From Felis catus (taxonomy: Eukaryota), in the NCBI RefSeq assembly GCF_018350175.1, contig NC_058368.1:98892001-98956000 (forward strand): a stretch of DNA of 64,000 nt, written 5' to 3'. The stretch's first letter is position 1. Every line of letters begins with the position of its first letter. A program made the translations under genes and the position numbers. The notes under the pieces are model-generated. The model saw only the letters and a program-made list of their open reading frames with translations, was not told where the DNA came from and did no database searches. Shown piece after piece: positions 25,292-37,509 of the stretch.

Positions 25292-25506
25292 TTTTTATTT
25301 TTTTATTGTTCATTTATTCTAAGAGAGAGAGCAAGTGCGAGCATGGGAGGGGCAGAGACGGAGGGAGAGAGAGAAAGAATCCCAAGCAGGCTCTGCGCTG
25401 TGAGCACAGAGCCCAATTCCAGGCTCGAATTCATGAACCATGAGATCATGACCTGAGCTGAAATCAAGAGTCAGATGCTTAACTGACTGAGCCACCCAGG
25501 TGCCCC
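25292..25506 (-). mobile_element. Can-SINE (older subtype)
   Basis: GAATCCCAAGCAGGCTC..GAAATCAAGAGTCAG..GCCACCCAGGTGCCCC. Confidence 0.96.
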
Positions 25507-25595
25507 TAACATGGGGCACCCCTAACATGGGGCACCCCTAACATGGGGCACCCCTAACATGGGGCACCCCTAACATGGGGCACCCCTAACATGGG
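25507..25595. repeat. 16-bp minisatellite (TAACATGGGGCACCCC)x5 plus a partial copy
   Basis: Perfect units start at 25507, 25523, 25539, 25555 and 25571; partial unit at 25587. Confidence 0.97.
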
Positions 25596-25602
25596 ATGCC
25601 TA

Positions 25603-25810
25603 GGGGCCCCTGGGTGACTCAGTGGGCTGGGCATCTGAGTTCAGCTCAGGTCATGATCTCACAGTTTGTGGGTTTGAGCCCCACGTGGGTTCTGTGCTGA
25701 CAGCTCAGAGCCTGGAGCCTGCTTCAGATTCTTTGTGTCTCCCTCTCTATCCCTCCCCTGCTCTTGCTCTGTGATAAGTGAATAAAAGTGAATAAATGTT
25801 AAAAAAAAAA
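25603..25810 (+). mobile_element. Can-SINE (SINEC_Fc)
   Basis: GGGGCCCCTGGGTGACTCAG head, CTCAGAGCCTGGAGCCTGC, A tail. Confidence 0.94.
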
Positions 25811-25811
25811 T

Positions 25812-25945
25812 GGGGTGGCTCAGTTGGTTAAGTGTTGGACTTTGGCTCAGGTCAGCACAAAGCCTGCTTTGGATCCTGTCTCCCTCTATCTCTGACTCTC
25901 TCCCACTCTCTCTCTCTCTCAAAAGTAAATAAACATTTTTAAAAA
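25812..25945 (+). mobile_element. Internally deleted Can-SINE
   Basis: Head to GCTCAGGTCA joined directly to AGCCTGCTTTGGAT, (CT)n and tail. Confidence 0.85.
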
Positions 25946-26483
25946 TCTTAGAAAAGAAGATTTAAAGAATACTTTAAGAAGTATTTAGAATATACTTTTA
26001 TTAGGATATTTGAATTATACTAATTAATTTTGATCTCTAATTTGCTTTTTGTTTTTTGATTCTTTAATATAGTTTTCCTTAGATTGTGTAACATATAAAT
26101 AGAAAGTATGCAGAGTATGTTTTGTCATAAAATAATGTGGGGAAATGTGAAGAAAATACAATTGGTTTTCTTTAAAGCATCATTATCAAAATGTCAATGG
26201 TACTGTGTTATAAGATTCTCCAATGGGGACAAAATTTTATATGCATTATTTCACAAACTTACTTGTTTCGGGACCATTTCTTATGTTTTTTTTTTTTTCA
26301 AAGCATGTCCTGGGACTAATGTCAAAACGGCATACTTTGTGCAACTTCTAAGTGTATTTATTTTGGTGTAAAATCTAATGTGTCCAATATATTTATTCGT
26401 ATTTTTTGTGTTAAGGAATTATGCACATTAATTTAAAAAAATGAGCAGGAACATAGCTTTACCTTAAAATATTATATAGCCAT

Positions 26484-26700
26484 GGGGGCACCTGGGTGAC
26501 TCATTTTGTTGAGCGTCTGACTCTTGATTTCTATTCAGGTCATGATCCCAGGGTTGTGGGAAGGAGCCCTGTGTCAGGCTCTGTGTTGAGCGTGGAGCCT
26601 GCTTGGGATTCTCTCTCTCCCTCCCTCCCTCTCTCTCTCTCTCTTTCTCTATCTTCCCCTTCCCTGTTTGCACTCTCTCTCTCTCTCTCAAATAATATAT
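26484..26700 (+). mobile_element. Can-SINE (older subtype)
   Basis: Head, GGTCATGATCCCAGGGTTGTGGGA, (CT)n; degenerate TSD ending GCCAT. Confidence 0.93.
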
Positions 26701-28279
26701 ATATATATTGCCATTAAATAATGTTACATTAATCTTTTGATATCATGTTACAAAAATATTTTATGTTGAAAATTAGTTCAACTTAGGACCAAATTTTAAG
26801 AATTGGAGTAAGATATGCCAAAGCTCTAATATTGGATACCTCTGTGTGTCAGAAAGTATATTTTACTATTTTTTGCTGTTCGTATTTTCCAAGGATTTTC
26901 ATCAGTCATGTGTTCGTTCAAAATTAAAGGGTATGTTAATGTTGAAAACTAGCATAGAAACATCTTGTATTTTCCACATCTTATCTCTGAGATTTGGATA
27001 AATCTTTTCAGATTGAAACAAGATGGAGCTCTCATTGTTGTCCGCCCTCTACCCCTTAGGCCCCTTTGGCCCTTCCTAATTGCGGACCTTAAGTTCCAGC
27101 CCTCCTGCGGGACATAATTTTGTTCAAAATGTAACACGCTCTCACCTTTTGAGGCATTGGAACACTGATTTTTCTTTCTTCCCTTTAACAGGTCAAAATT
27201 ACAGAGATTAGTTTTCTTCTCTTGGGAGAAGTATGTCTCTGCTTCCTCCCCTGCTCATCTTTATGCCAAAGTGCCCTATAATCTGACTTAGCTCCTTTGT
27301 GCATATGGTTTCATCACTAAAATGTAAGCCCCATAAACGTAAAGACCTCTGTCTCTTTTGCTTGCTGCTCTTTCTGGAATATATACACTATTCCCTGATA
27401 TAGGGCATACACAATGCATTATTGGTCAAATATCTTTGTGCCTAATGATGGTAATTAATTTAACATACTACTAAGGCAAGACCTATGTATTTGAAGTAGT
27501 ACTCCAAGTGCTCAATAAATTCTATTTGAATTGAATTGAATAACAGAATTGAAGACTGTTATTAATGAGACTAATATTTCCTGGCATTATTATCACTGTG
27601 TTACATTTTTCTTTTGTTACACCTAGAGCTACTAACCAACCTCTTTATTGTCTTTCTCACACACTGGTCAGAAGACATGGTGATTGTGACATTTGTGTGA
27701 GGGACCCAGAAGGACTGGTTGGATGGATGAGTGAAGATTGTCTAACCTGATGGGTAATGTTTTGTCACAAAACGTATCATGCAGCGAGGCACCAAATACC
27801 ATAGTTGTCTACCAGTGATGAATCCCAGAGCTTGTTAAACTCACATTAGACTCTCTTAGTTATAGCTTTTAGCACCTACAAAGTATGTTTGTGGCTGCCT
27901 GAATATTTGTTTTAATTGCAAAACCCTGAAGTCATTCAGTGCCATCCCTTGAAACCGTATGCAGTCATCCCATGAAGGTTTTACTTGGGCCCAGGCTCAT
28001 GTCAATTTTGATATTTAAATCAAAATACACTTGGAGCTTTTGTCAGAATGACAGCATCTTTGGAGTTCATTCATCAAACTTTTATGGCCAATCCAGGTTC
28101 TTGAGATAACTGGAAATATACCATTTTATATAGAATATTGGTAGAGTGTGTGGGTCCCTCTGATACAGAGGAATACAGTCAGGTATTTGGCTCAGACTTA
28201 GGTCACATGCTCCATCTTGAGGTTAGAATGGATTCTTACCTGGATCCATTAAGATTTGATCCCTATGTGACATAGAGTC

Positions 28280-28707
28280 CCCAAATCACAGTGATGTTAA
28301 AAAGATAAATTACCAGTGTTTTTCTTACATGCAAGTCTTGAGGCAGATCAGGGCTGATAGGGCAGCTCTGGTTTACAAAGCTCTCAAGAACTGAGTTTCC
28401 TTTAAACATTCCTTGTGGCCATCTCTGACAAAACTGTGTTCATACTAATTGTGTAAACTGGCAGCCAGAACTCCAGCCATCAAATCTATGTTCCTGGCAG
28501 GAGGTTGGAGGAAAGGAAGAAAAAATTTCAGCCACGGGTATGGACCGGCTTTGTTTTAAGAAGTTTGCCAGGAGCTACCGCTTGATATTTTTACTTCCAT
28601 CTTTTTCTGATTTTGTCACGTTTACATATATCTTCAAGGTAGTATTTATTCTGCATGAGCAGCGGCTTAGCTAAAAATTAGATGTTCCGTTTTGAGGGAA
28701 AGAAAGG
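28280..28707 (-). mobile_element. Old MaLR LTR (MLT1J/K-like)
   Basis: CAGGGCTGATAGGGCAGCTC..GGCAGCCAGAACTCCAGCCATCAAATCTATGTTCCTGGCAGGAGG resembles recalled MLT1J/K. Confidence 0.55.
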
Positions 28708-28714
28708 CTACTTA

Positions 28715-28953
28715 TTTTTTTTTTATTCAGTTAAAAAAATTTTTTTAATGTTTATTTATTTTTGAGAGAGAGAAAGAGAGACAGAGTGCAAACAGGGAAG
28801 GGGCAGAGAGAGAGGGAGATACAGAACCCAAAGCAGACTCCAGACTCTAAGCTGGCAGCACAGAGCCTGACGTGGAGCTCGAACCCATAAACCGTGAGAT
28901 CGTGACCTGAGCTGAAGTCTGGTGCTTAACCGACTGAGCCACCCAGGTGCCCC
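28715..28953 (-). mobile_element. Can-SINE (SINEC_Fc)
   Basis: Full antisense SINE. Confidence 0.96.
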
Positions 28954-29643
28954 AAAAAGGTTATTTCTATCAGACTACCAAAAACCTGTTGAGAAGGAGT
29001 GGGATGGGGAATGTCTGTACTCCACAATAAAAATGAAGGATATTATAAGGAGATAAGGCAATGGATACAGGGAGCAAACACAGAGAGCTAACATGTTGAC
29101 AAATGAGAATAAAAAGAAATATAAATGGTGATAAATGGAGAGACAAAACGTTTTCCAGAGCAAGACTGGGTACAAAGAAATGGCAGAGAGGAGTAACACG
29201 GCACTTGTAGTGAAATTTCAGTATCTCTCTATATGGGTATTAGCAGATTTTTGTATCTGTTGCCAATCTATTCCATAGCTTGCAGATTTCCCATTATAGA
29301 ACTAATTAAAGGTAAGATTTACCATAAGAACACAGACTTGCTCATGCTACAGATGGTTATATATTCAATTACTAACTAGTTTTTATGATGATTGATTTAT
29401 TTTTGAGTTGATGGATTCTTGTTGCTATGAAAATATCAGTTTCTTTATTGCTTAAGTTAAAGCATTTAATTTCTTAAAGAGGAAGTTTTTTATAAGGAGG
29501 AAGAGAGAAGCAGATAGATAAAAGACAGTGGCTATGCTATGATTTTATTGTGTAATTCTTAGCCATCTATGAAGAGGAGATAATTTTCTCTCTTACAATG
29601 AGAATAGGAATGTAGGGGAAAGATTATGAGTTGTCCACCCACA

Positions 29644-29862
29644 GGCTCCTGGTGGCTCAGTCAGTTAAGTTGCCAACTCTTGATTTCAGCTCAGGTCATG
29701 ATCTCACTGTTTGTGATATTGAGCCCCAAGTTCTATGCTGACAGCATGGAGCCTACTTGGGATTCTCTCTCTCTATCTCTTTCTACCCCTCCCTCACTCA
29801 CGTATGCTCACATGTGTGCATGCACGCTCTCTCCAAACAAATAAACATTAAAAAAAAAAAAA
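29644..29862 (+). mobile_element. Can-SINE (older subtype)
   Basis: Head, ACTCTTGATTTCAGCTCAGG, tail; GAGTTGTCC flanks the tandem pair. Confidence 0.93.
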
Positions 29863-29864
29863 GA

Positions 29865-30092
29865 GGGGCACCTGGGTGGCTCTGTCAGTTAAGCATCTGA
29901 CTTCGGCTCAGGTCATGATCTGGTGGCTCCTGACTTTGAGCCTCATGTCGGCCTCTGTGCTGACAGCTCAGAGCCTGGACCCTGCTTCAGATTCTGTGTC
30001 TCCCTCTCTCTCTGCCCCACCCCAGCTCATGCTCTGTCTCTCTGTCTCTCAAAAATAAATAAACATTTTTAAAAAATTAAAAAAAAAAAAAA
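29865..30092 (+). mobile_element. Can-SINE (SINEC_Fc) inserted in the A tail of the preceding SINE
   Basis: Full SINE bracketed by (A)nGA on both sides. Confidence 0.95.
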
Positions 30093-30262
30093 AGAGTTGT
30101 CCCAGGGTATCTAAACACTGGCCTTAGCTGCTTACCAACCTTGGGATCTGTTGTAGGAAGGTTTCCCATGAAAATATTTTTCTTCAGAAACAGAATACCC
30201 AACTTTTTTTTTTTTTTATGTGGGAGTTGTGTGAAGATAAAAGTCATTGCCTATCTCGATAT

Positions 30263-30473
30263 CTCTCAAATGGAGCAATTTGGCCTCCCCGGAGATATTG
30301 GACATTGTCTAGAGACATTTGTGGTTGTCACTACTGGGAATTGCTAATGGCATCTGGTGGGTAGAGGTTAATGATGCTGCTAACCATTCTATACTGCGCT
30401 GGCTAGTATCTCCTTCCCAGGCCCCAACGATTACCTGACCCAAGTGTCAACAGTATTGAGTTGTAAAACCCAG
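30263..30473 (+). mobile_element. MER20 (hAT-Charlie MITE)
   Basis: TGTCTAGAGACATTTGTGGTTGTCAC..TGGCATCTGGTGGGTAGAGG..GATGCTGCTAACCATTCTA..TGTCAACAGTATTGAG. Confidence 0.88.
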
Positions 30474-30931
30474 ATTTGCATGAGTTTATTTGGAAAAGAG
30501 AGTATTTTTTATGAACACTAAAGAGATACCTCTAAACATATATTTGACTTATTTATTTAACAATACTGATCTCTGATTAAAATTTATCCACCTCTAAACC
30601 AAAGACCCTGAAGTTAAGTTCCTTGTAGTATATGAGTACTCGTGAAGAGTCATCTTGAAATCATAAGCAAAATGTTCTCTGTATATAAATCTGCTCATTT
30701 TTAAGGGGCCAAGTCCATAGCTTTTATCTGATTCTCCAAGGGATTTATGACCCTATGAAGCCTGCCACTGAATTTATTTAGAATGCCAAAGAATTCAAGT
30801 GAATTAATCAGCCATTATCTCCCCCTGAATGAGCCAAGCTACTCTTTGAGGCAGTTTCCCTGCAAATTCTTTAACCTTACTGTATTTAAGGCATGATACT
30901 TACAGAAGTAAAGTTTAAAGATTCCCCATCT

Positions 30932-31099
30932 GGGGGTGCCTGGGTGGCTCAGTCGGTTGAGTGTCCAACTTCGGCTCCGGTCATGATCTCACAGTTCCTG
31001 AGTTTGAGCCCTGCATGGGGCTTGCTGTTTTCAGCCTGTCAGAGCAGAGCCTGCTCCATATCCTGTCCCCCTTCTCTCTCTGCCCCTCCCCAGCTCATG

Positions 31100-31141
<42 letters not shown>

Positions 31142-31170
31142 AAAAGATAAATAAACATTAAAAAAAAAAA
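30932..31170 (+). mobile_element. Can-SINE
   Basis: Full SINE; identical TSD AAAGATTCCCCATCT(G). Confidence 0.96.
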
Positions 31171-31674
31171 GATTCCCCATCTGATCCTCTTTAATTAACA
31201 GAAGTCATATTGACAAGAAAAGTTCCTTTTGAAGAGCCTGTGATTTAAGAAGCCAGATTTCCCATTTTAACCAATATTTCTGTAATTTACATTTGAGTAT
31301 ATTAAATGGCCTCTGTGACACATGTGTTGTGGTGTTTGGGATAATAGTTTATCCTCTACAGTTAGTATATTTCCTCCAAACCTGCTCCTTCTTTTACCTC
31401 AGGAAATTGTCACTTCTGTCCACCCAAGTCCCCACACCAGAAACCATAAAGAAAAATCTCCCTCCCCTCTTTGATTTCCACTACAATTATTTTTCATGTG
31501 CTTTCTGTTCTACATCCTAAATACTGCTTGGGCACATTCCCTCGTCTCAATTCCTAATGCTGTTTTTCTTAACTCAGGATATCATTCTTTTTCAGTTGAA
31601 ATATTGCCTTAATAATAGACTCTTCACTGCTATCCCTCATTCGGAGTCTGCTTTCTTTTTTTATTATTCATCTT

Positions 31675-31892
31675 AAAAATTTTTTGTTGTTTATTTATTT
31701 TTAAGAGACAGAGATAGAGCACGAGCAGAGGAGGGGCAGAGAGAGAGGGAGACAAAATCTGACCCAGGTTCTAGACCCTGAGCTGTCGGCACAGACTGAC
31801 ATAGGGCTCCAACTCACGGACTGTGAGATCATGACCTTGAGCAGAGAGATCAAGAGTTGGACGCTTATTCGACTCAGCCATCCAGGAGCCCC
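31675..31892 (-). mobile_element. Can-SINE
   Basis: Antisense SINE within L2-like C/T-rich sequence. Confidence 0.92.
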
Positions 31893-32858
31893 TGTTTGAT
31901 TCATTCTTTATAGACCTGCACAGCCATCTTTCTGTCTTGCAAACCTGACCAGTCACTTTCTAGTTAAAAACATTGAAGTTCTCCCCATTATGTACATGGT
32001 AATATCCCCCTTTCCTGGTTTTGTCTCTGGCTACTGCTACCAGTCTGTAGGCCAGGTTCTAAGTGCACCCATTTCTGTCTGTTTCTGGATATGTGCTCTT
32101 CTGACTCTGTCCCTACTTTGCTTCAATGCTTTCCCTCTTGTTGAAATTCTTTTCATCCTTCTGAAGGAAGCTGGCCTTGAAACCTTCTTCCAGTTCCCTC
32201 AGGCAGAGTTCATTTTTTTCTTTTAGGTCTGCTCAAAATTCACTTGGTACTTAGTTTAATATCGTGTTCACCTTTGTTTTCCAAGTGCCTTGAGCAGTTC
32301 ATGCACGTACGTACATTTCCAATAAAGGTTTCCATAATTGGATTGACAACAGCCATGCAAATGCAAGACTTTGCTCAGGACTGGACCATCATGGACAAAA
32401 ATTGTCTTTGTTGGTCCAGCTAAATAAATAGATCATGAATTCATGAAAGGAATGAAATGAAAAAATTCACTATCAGCTCTAAACACTGTAACTTGTATTT
32501 TGGCTTTCTGAAATACTGTTATTAGGAGTACAGAGCATTATTTTTGTATAGAACAAATGTTGTGCTGTTTTTTAAGCACATTTTTTCCTTATTATTAATG
32601 CATTGCAGGTAGTGGCACAGTTCACAAGTTTTAAGTTGAGTGAATGGACAAAGTAACACCATTTAAGTTTTTGTTTAAGACATGAAATGACCCTAAAGCC
32701 AGGAATTTGGCTAAATATGCTACAATTGCCCAGGACAGCTTCCTGCCCCTCCAAAACTATTATGGAAACCAAAAATGTTAGTACTGCCAGGAATGAGAAA
32801 CATTGCCCTATACTTTAAGAGAGATTTAACCAGAGGCTATTAAAATAAATGCAAGGGA

Positions 32859-33010
32859 TTTTTTTTTAATATAATTTCTTGTCAGATTGTTTTCCGTACA
32901 ACACCCAGTGCTCATCCCAACAAGTGCCCTCCTCAATACCCATCTTCTACTTTCCCCTCTTCCCCACCCCCCAACAGCCCTCAGTTTGTTCTCAGTATAG
33001 AAAGCTTATG
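32859..33010 (-). mobile_element. Felid L1 3' end, very short insertion
   Basis: TACAACACCCAGTGCTCATCCCAACAAGTGCCCTCCTCAATACCCATC, paralogous to 13505-13740; GCAAGGG on both flanks. Confidence 0.85.
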
Positions 33011-33089
33011 AAGCAAGGGGTTGTTTTTACTTAAACTAAATGGCCTTAGGCTCCTAGGTTTTTGGGGTTTTTAAAGTTTATTTATTTGT

Positions 33090-33313
33090 TTTTTTTTTTA
33101 ATTTTTTTTTCAACGTTTATTTATTTTTGGGACAGAGAGAGACAGAGCTTGAACGGGGGAGGGGCAGAGAGAGAGGGAGACACAGAATCGGAAACAGGCT
33201 CCAGGCTCCGAGCCATCAGCCCAGAGCCTGACGCGGGGCTCAAACTCCTGGACCGCGAGATCGTGACCTGGCTGAAGTCAGACGCTTAACCGACTGCGCC
33301 ACCCAGGCGCCCC
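33090..33313 (-). mobile_element. Young Can-SINE (CpG-intact) nested in the tail of an older SINE
   Basis: GAACGGGGGAGGGGCAGAG..GACGCGGGGCTC..GACCGCGAGATCGTGACC..CGACTGCGCCACCCAGGCGCCCC; TSD ATTTATTTGTTTTTTT. Confidence 0.97.
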
Positions 33314-33506
33314 AATTTATTTGTTTTTTTAAGAGAGAGAGCAGGGAAGGGGCAGAGAGAGAGAGGGAAGAGAGAGAAACCCAAGCAGGCTCCGCAACTG
33401 TCAGTGCAGAGCCTGATGTGGGGTTCAAACTCATAAACAACGAGATCGTGACCTGAGGAGAAACCAAGAGTCTGATGCTTAACTGACTGACCCAACCATG
33501 AGTCCC
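33314..33506 (-). mobile_element. Can-SINE (older subtype), host of the nested copy
   Basis: CCCAAGCAGGCTCCGCA..GAAACCAAGAGTCTGATGCTTAAC. Confidence 0.92.
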
Positions 33507-35717
33507 AGGTTTTAAGTGTATATACCACAAGGCCTTATTGAGATTATGCTCCCTCTCCCTGAGTCCATTATATCCAGGAGCACACTGACTTCTGGGGTTC
33601 CATTAATTTCAGAATTCCACTGATAACAATGGAATTGAAAATGTAGAAATCATAGGGGTTGTTTGTTTGCACATTGTTCAGGCTAGTAAAAGTGGATGGC
33701 CCCTACCTGAACCAAAAGTGCCTTGAGAGTCCCTGAGACTAGTTTTGGTTTGACCATGATCGAAGTTACTGAATTCTGCATATAACCCAATGGTGGCACT
33801 TAGATAGTGTAGTTCATGTCTTTCAAAGTGTTATGATGTGAATTGTATTCGAAAAGTAGCATGGCAAATATTGTTAGAGAGCCTGAGACCTCCCTCTGAT
33901 TAATTCCAAGTGTAATGACAGTAAAGACTGCTTGTCATTCTGCTATTTGTCTCATTTACAAGGGTCATCTGCTTTCTGTTGGCTGTGTGGGTGTATAAAT
34001 ACACATCCTCACATTTTCTCCTTCCTAATGGTGACAAGATTGAAGAAAAGATGATAGGAAATTGACCCTTTCATTAAGTAAAAAATATCTTGGATGCCTG
34101 CCAGTTAACCTTGAAGTATTATCTTACTCCCTTTAAGTAAAACAAAACCGTTGTAAGAGACCTTCTATATGTGGCATTTTACAGACTTTCCAGAAATACC
34201 ATTCTGTTGTTAGTCGATGCAAGACATTTTTCCTATCTTTGAGCCTACAATATTTAGTCATGTATGCTTAACATGCAAAGCATTTGGGAAGAAGAAAAAT
34301 AAAATTTAAGTAGACTGTCTTTTGTTTTGTTTCCAATCCCTTTTGAGTACGTTTTAAAAAAGATCTTAATGACTAGAGATGGTCTCTTGGCATAGGCGAC
34401 TGGATGTTTTTCCAAGGCCAGTTGCTTCAGAGACTCTAATAATCAAAGAGAATCCTTGATTCCTTTCCAGACTATAACATAACTTTATTCAGCTGATTTG
34501 TCATGGCTGACCTCCTGTCCTCGACTTCTAACCCTGCCATGCTTGGCGAGGGAAGACTAGTTAACCTGATTATATTAGGTTAATAAAAAAGGCAACCAAT
34601 AAGTCCAGCTTGCTGATTCAGGGAACACATCTGATCATTTATTTAAAAGCCAGAGGAAGAAAGAAAGGCCATTTTGTAAAAACGAGAGCAGCATTTTATT
34701 ACTTGTCTACAGAATTTAATCGTTGGAAAACATCAGTGAACATTTGAGGGGGGAGCGTTGTTACTGTTTGCTCCATGTAATAAATTAAAAACCCAAAATG
34801 AATGTGGTTTGACAGAAGTGTTTAAACAAGGAGGAGGGAGCAATGCTCGTGTTTTAATTTTGTTTTGATTGAAGGTACTCTCGTTGTGCCACGGAAAAAC
34901 AATGTCATTCTTCTCGCACGCCTCATTTCCAATGGAAGTCAGTAGAATGTACACGTGTTAACGTTAGCTCAGGCAGGCTTTCATGCAGTTCCATAAAGGG
35001 GTTTTGCCAAAAGAAGGGATGAATATCACAGCCATTCATTTCACAGTGCTCTCCAGTCTGGCTGCAACTGTTTGTCTGAACTGCACACATCAGTGAATAA
35101 AAAGGAAATTAAAAAGAGCAGCAGGAAAAGAGGGATTGAGGAAGAAGGAGGCTGTCAAAAGCATGTTTGGCTTTGGAGAAGACAATTCACAATCATTAGC
35201 TTGAGCAAAATTCCCGCTTGGCCTACGGTACTGAAAACATAATGAACGGTGAGATTTTTCTTTTAGAAAATAAAAACAAAATTAAAACTCTTTTCTAAAC
35301 ACCTCTAGTGAAGATGAAGGGGAACTAGGATAAGTAAACAGCTGCATTTTTATAGAGTTGAGCCCCCCATTTCCCCAGATAATGAAGTAAATCAGTATGC
35401 TTTTCTATGTTCATGGAAAAAAATTGTCCCGGACCTATTTTTCTAAATTTGTTCCTGTAGCATTTATATTTCAGTATTCTAACACTACATGCTATATTTC
35501 TCTACTGTAATTAAATATTAGAAAGTACTTATAATTCTTTGGGTGCAAAAAGCACCGATGCTGATGTTATTAATAATGGCAGAACAAAGAGAGAAAGATA
35601 TTTTGATTCTGGTTTTTATTTCTTGGCAAATCCACTTTCATGGCTTCCTTCAGTGGTGGGAGATGGGACACCAGATTAGGGCAGTTCTATCAAGATACAG
35701 CAAGCAACCCTAAGATC

Positions 35718-35935
35718 TTTTTTTTCTTTTTTTTTTTTTAAGTTTATTTATTTTGAGAGAGAGAGGGAGAGCGAGAGCAGGGGAGGGGCAGAAAGAGAGG
35801 GAGAGAAAATTCCAAGCAGGCTCTGCACTGTCAACATGGAGCCCAACACAGGGTTCAATGTCACAAACCATGAGATCATGGCCTGAGCCGAAATCCAGAG
35901 TCTGACACTTAACCGAATGAGCCACCCAGACGCCC
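35718..35935 (-). mobile_element. Can-SINE (older subtype)
   Basis: Antisense SINE; TSD CCCT(A/G)AGATC(T/C)TTTTT. Confidence 0.95.
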
Positions 35936-36130
35936 TGCCCTGAGATCCTTTTTTGAGAATCTGATTCTCACGTAGCTTGTTCAGCACTGCTGTGGAATTA
36001 TCTACCCCTCCCCAATGTATTTATGTTTCTTTGTAAAAAGGAAATACATAAACATTGCAAAATCTTTTTTTATCTGTTTTCATTTACTTTGTTCACCAAT
36101 GCAGGGAGATAGATATGAATGTATATTTCG

Positions 36131-36218
36131 CCTCTTTCTCTTCTTCTTCCTCCTCATCCTCCTCTCCCTTTCATCTTCCTCCTTCCCCCTCCTCTTCCTC
36201 CTCATCCTCCTCTTCTTC
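36131..36218. repeat. (CCT/CTT)n low-complexity tract next to a MIR core
   Basis: Degenerate trinucleotide repeat followed by ACAGATGAGGAAACTGAG (antisense MIR core); source of the poly-Ser ORF. Confidence 0.85.
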
Positions 36219-37509
36219 AACAGATGAGGAAACTGAGTTTCAGAAACTATCTTGTCTAGACTCTTCTAGCTACTGTGGAATGAAACTTAATTTTGAGCTC
36301 CAGAGCTTAATTTTGAGCATGCAGGCATATGGTGCAGTGTATTCTGTGGAAGGAATATTTTGTATGTACAAGTTGGAATTTGCACTTAATAAGTTGGTGA
36401 TACTCTTGACAAAGTTAGTGGGTTGGGCCCATCATCAGCAGTAAGAAAGACTTCTGGAAAGTATTCTTCCAGCAAATATTTTCAGCTTGGAATCTAAAAG
36501 GATAAGAAAGAGTGTCATTTTTGTCTCATCATTAACTCCTTCTCTATGGAAGACTTTATGACATTTAATTGTAAAGTTTATTATCAATAATAACATTTTT
36601 TCAAAAGATTGACAAAAATGTCCCAAAACAGGTCTGTGGTAGGCTTCTAAGATATACTTTTTAGGAATCCTTTATGATATAAATATATTGAAATATTGAA
36701 ATTTATATTGAAATTGAAATAATTGTGTATTAAAATATATTGACATAATTATACATATATTAATATCTTGAAACATTACCACATCATTGTAACTCAACTG
36801 TTATAAATAACATCCCTCATAAAACATAACTTCCATCATTATTAAAAATTGTGTCATTAAACTCATTTCAGCCGAATTAAAATTAATTTGCAACATAATT
36901 GAAAAATACCTTTTTTCCAAACTGTTGTCATTCTGCATGGACATATACATATGTCAAAAAAAAAGATACAACTTAAGATAATAATAGATTTTTGCTGGTG
37001 AATGTAGATGTTCCATGAAGAAGAGAACTTCTATATTTTACTCACATCCATAGCTAATTTTCATAGAGGATTTCAACAAATTATTTTTTCAAGAATTTAC
37101 ATATCATAGATGGACTTTACAAACACTTTTGAAGTTTTTATTTTAGAGGGTAAAGTTTGCAGGGCCAATTTACATACCAGATACATATTCTATTTTTCTA
37201 TGTAAAAATGTCAAAACCTTAATAAGCAGACACTTGTCATTTACCTACACAAATGAGTAAAAGGAGTGATCTGGCATAAAAATCTTTTAAGTCATTCCTT
37301 AAACTGACTTTAATGTTACTTCTTATATTTCATGTACATTATTCTTCTGTAGTTACTTTTGTATGAATGGAATATGCTTTTGAATGCTCTGGATGAACTA
37401 AACACAATAGAGCATAGTATTAGGCAAAGCTGGGAATGCTGTTGGAGCTGTTTTGAGTTGCGTTGTAAAGACTTGAAGTGGGACAGATGAAAGTCTATTT
37501 GGGACAGAC

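Noticed and set aside
25507..25595. CRISPR-like short repeat array
   Set aside because: Units are contiguous with no unique spacers, only 16 bp, in mammalian DNA with no cas genes
36055..36444. 129-aa poly-Ser ORF
   Set aside because: Produced by a (CCT/CTT)n tract and a MIR core
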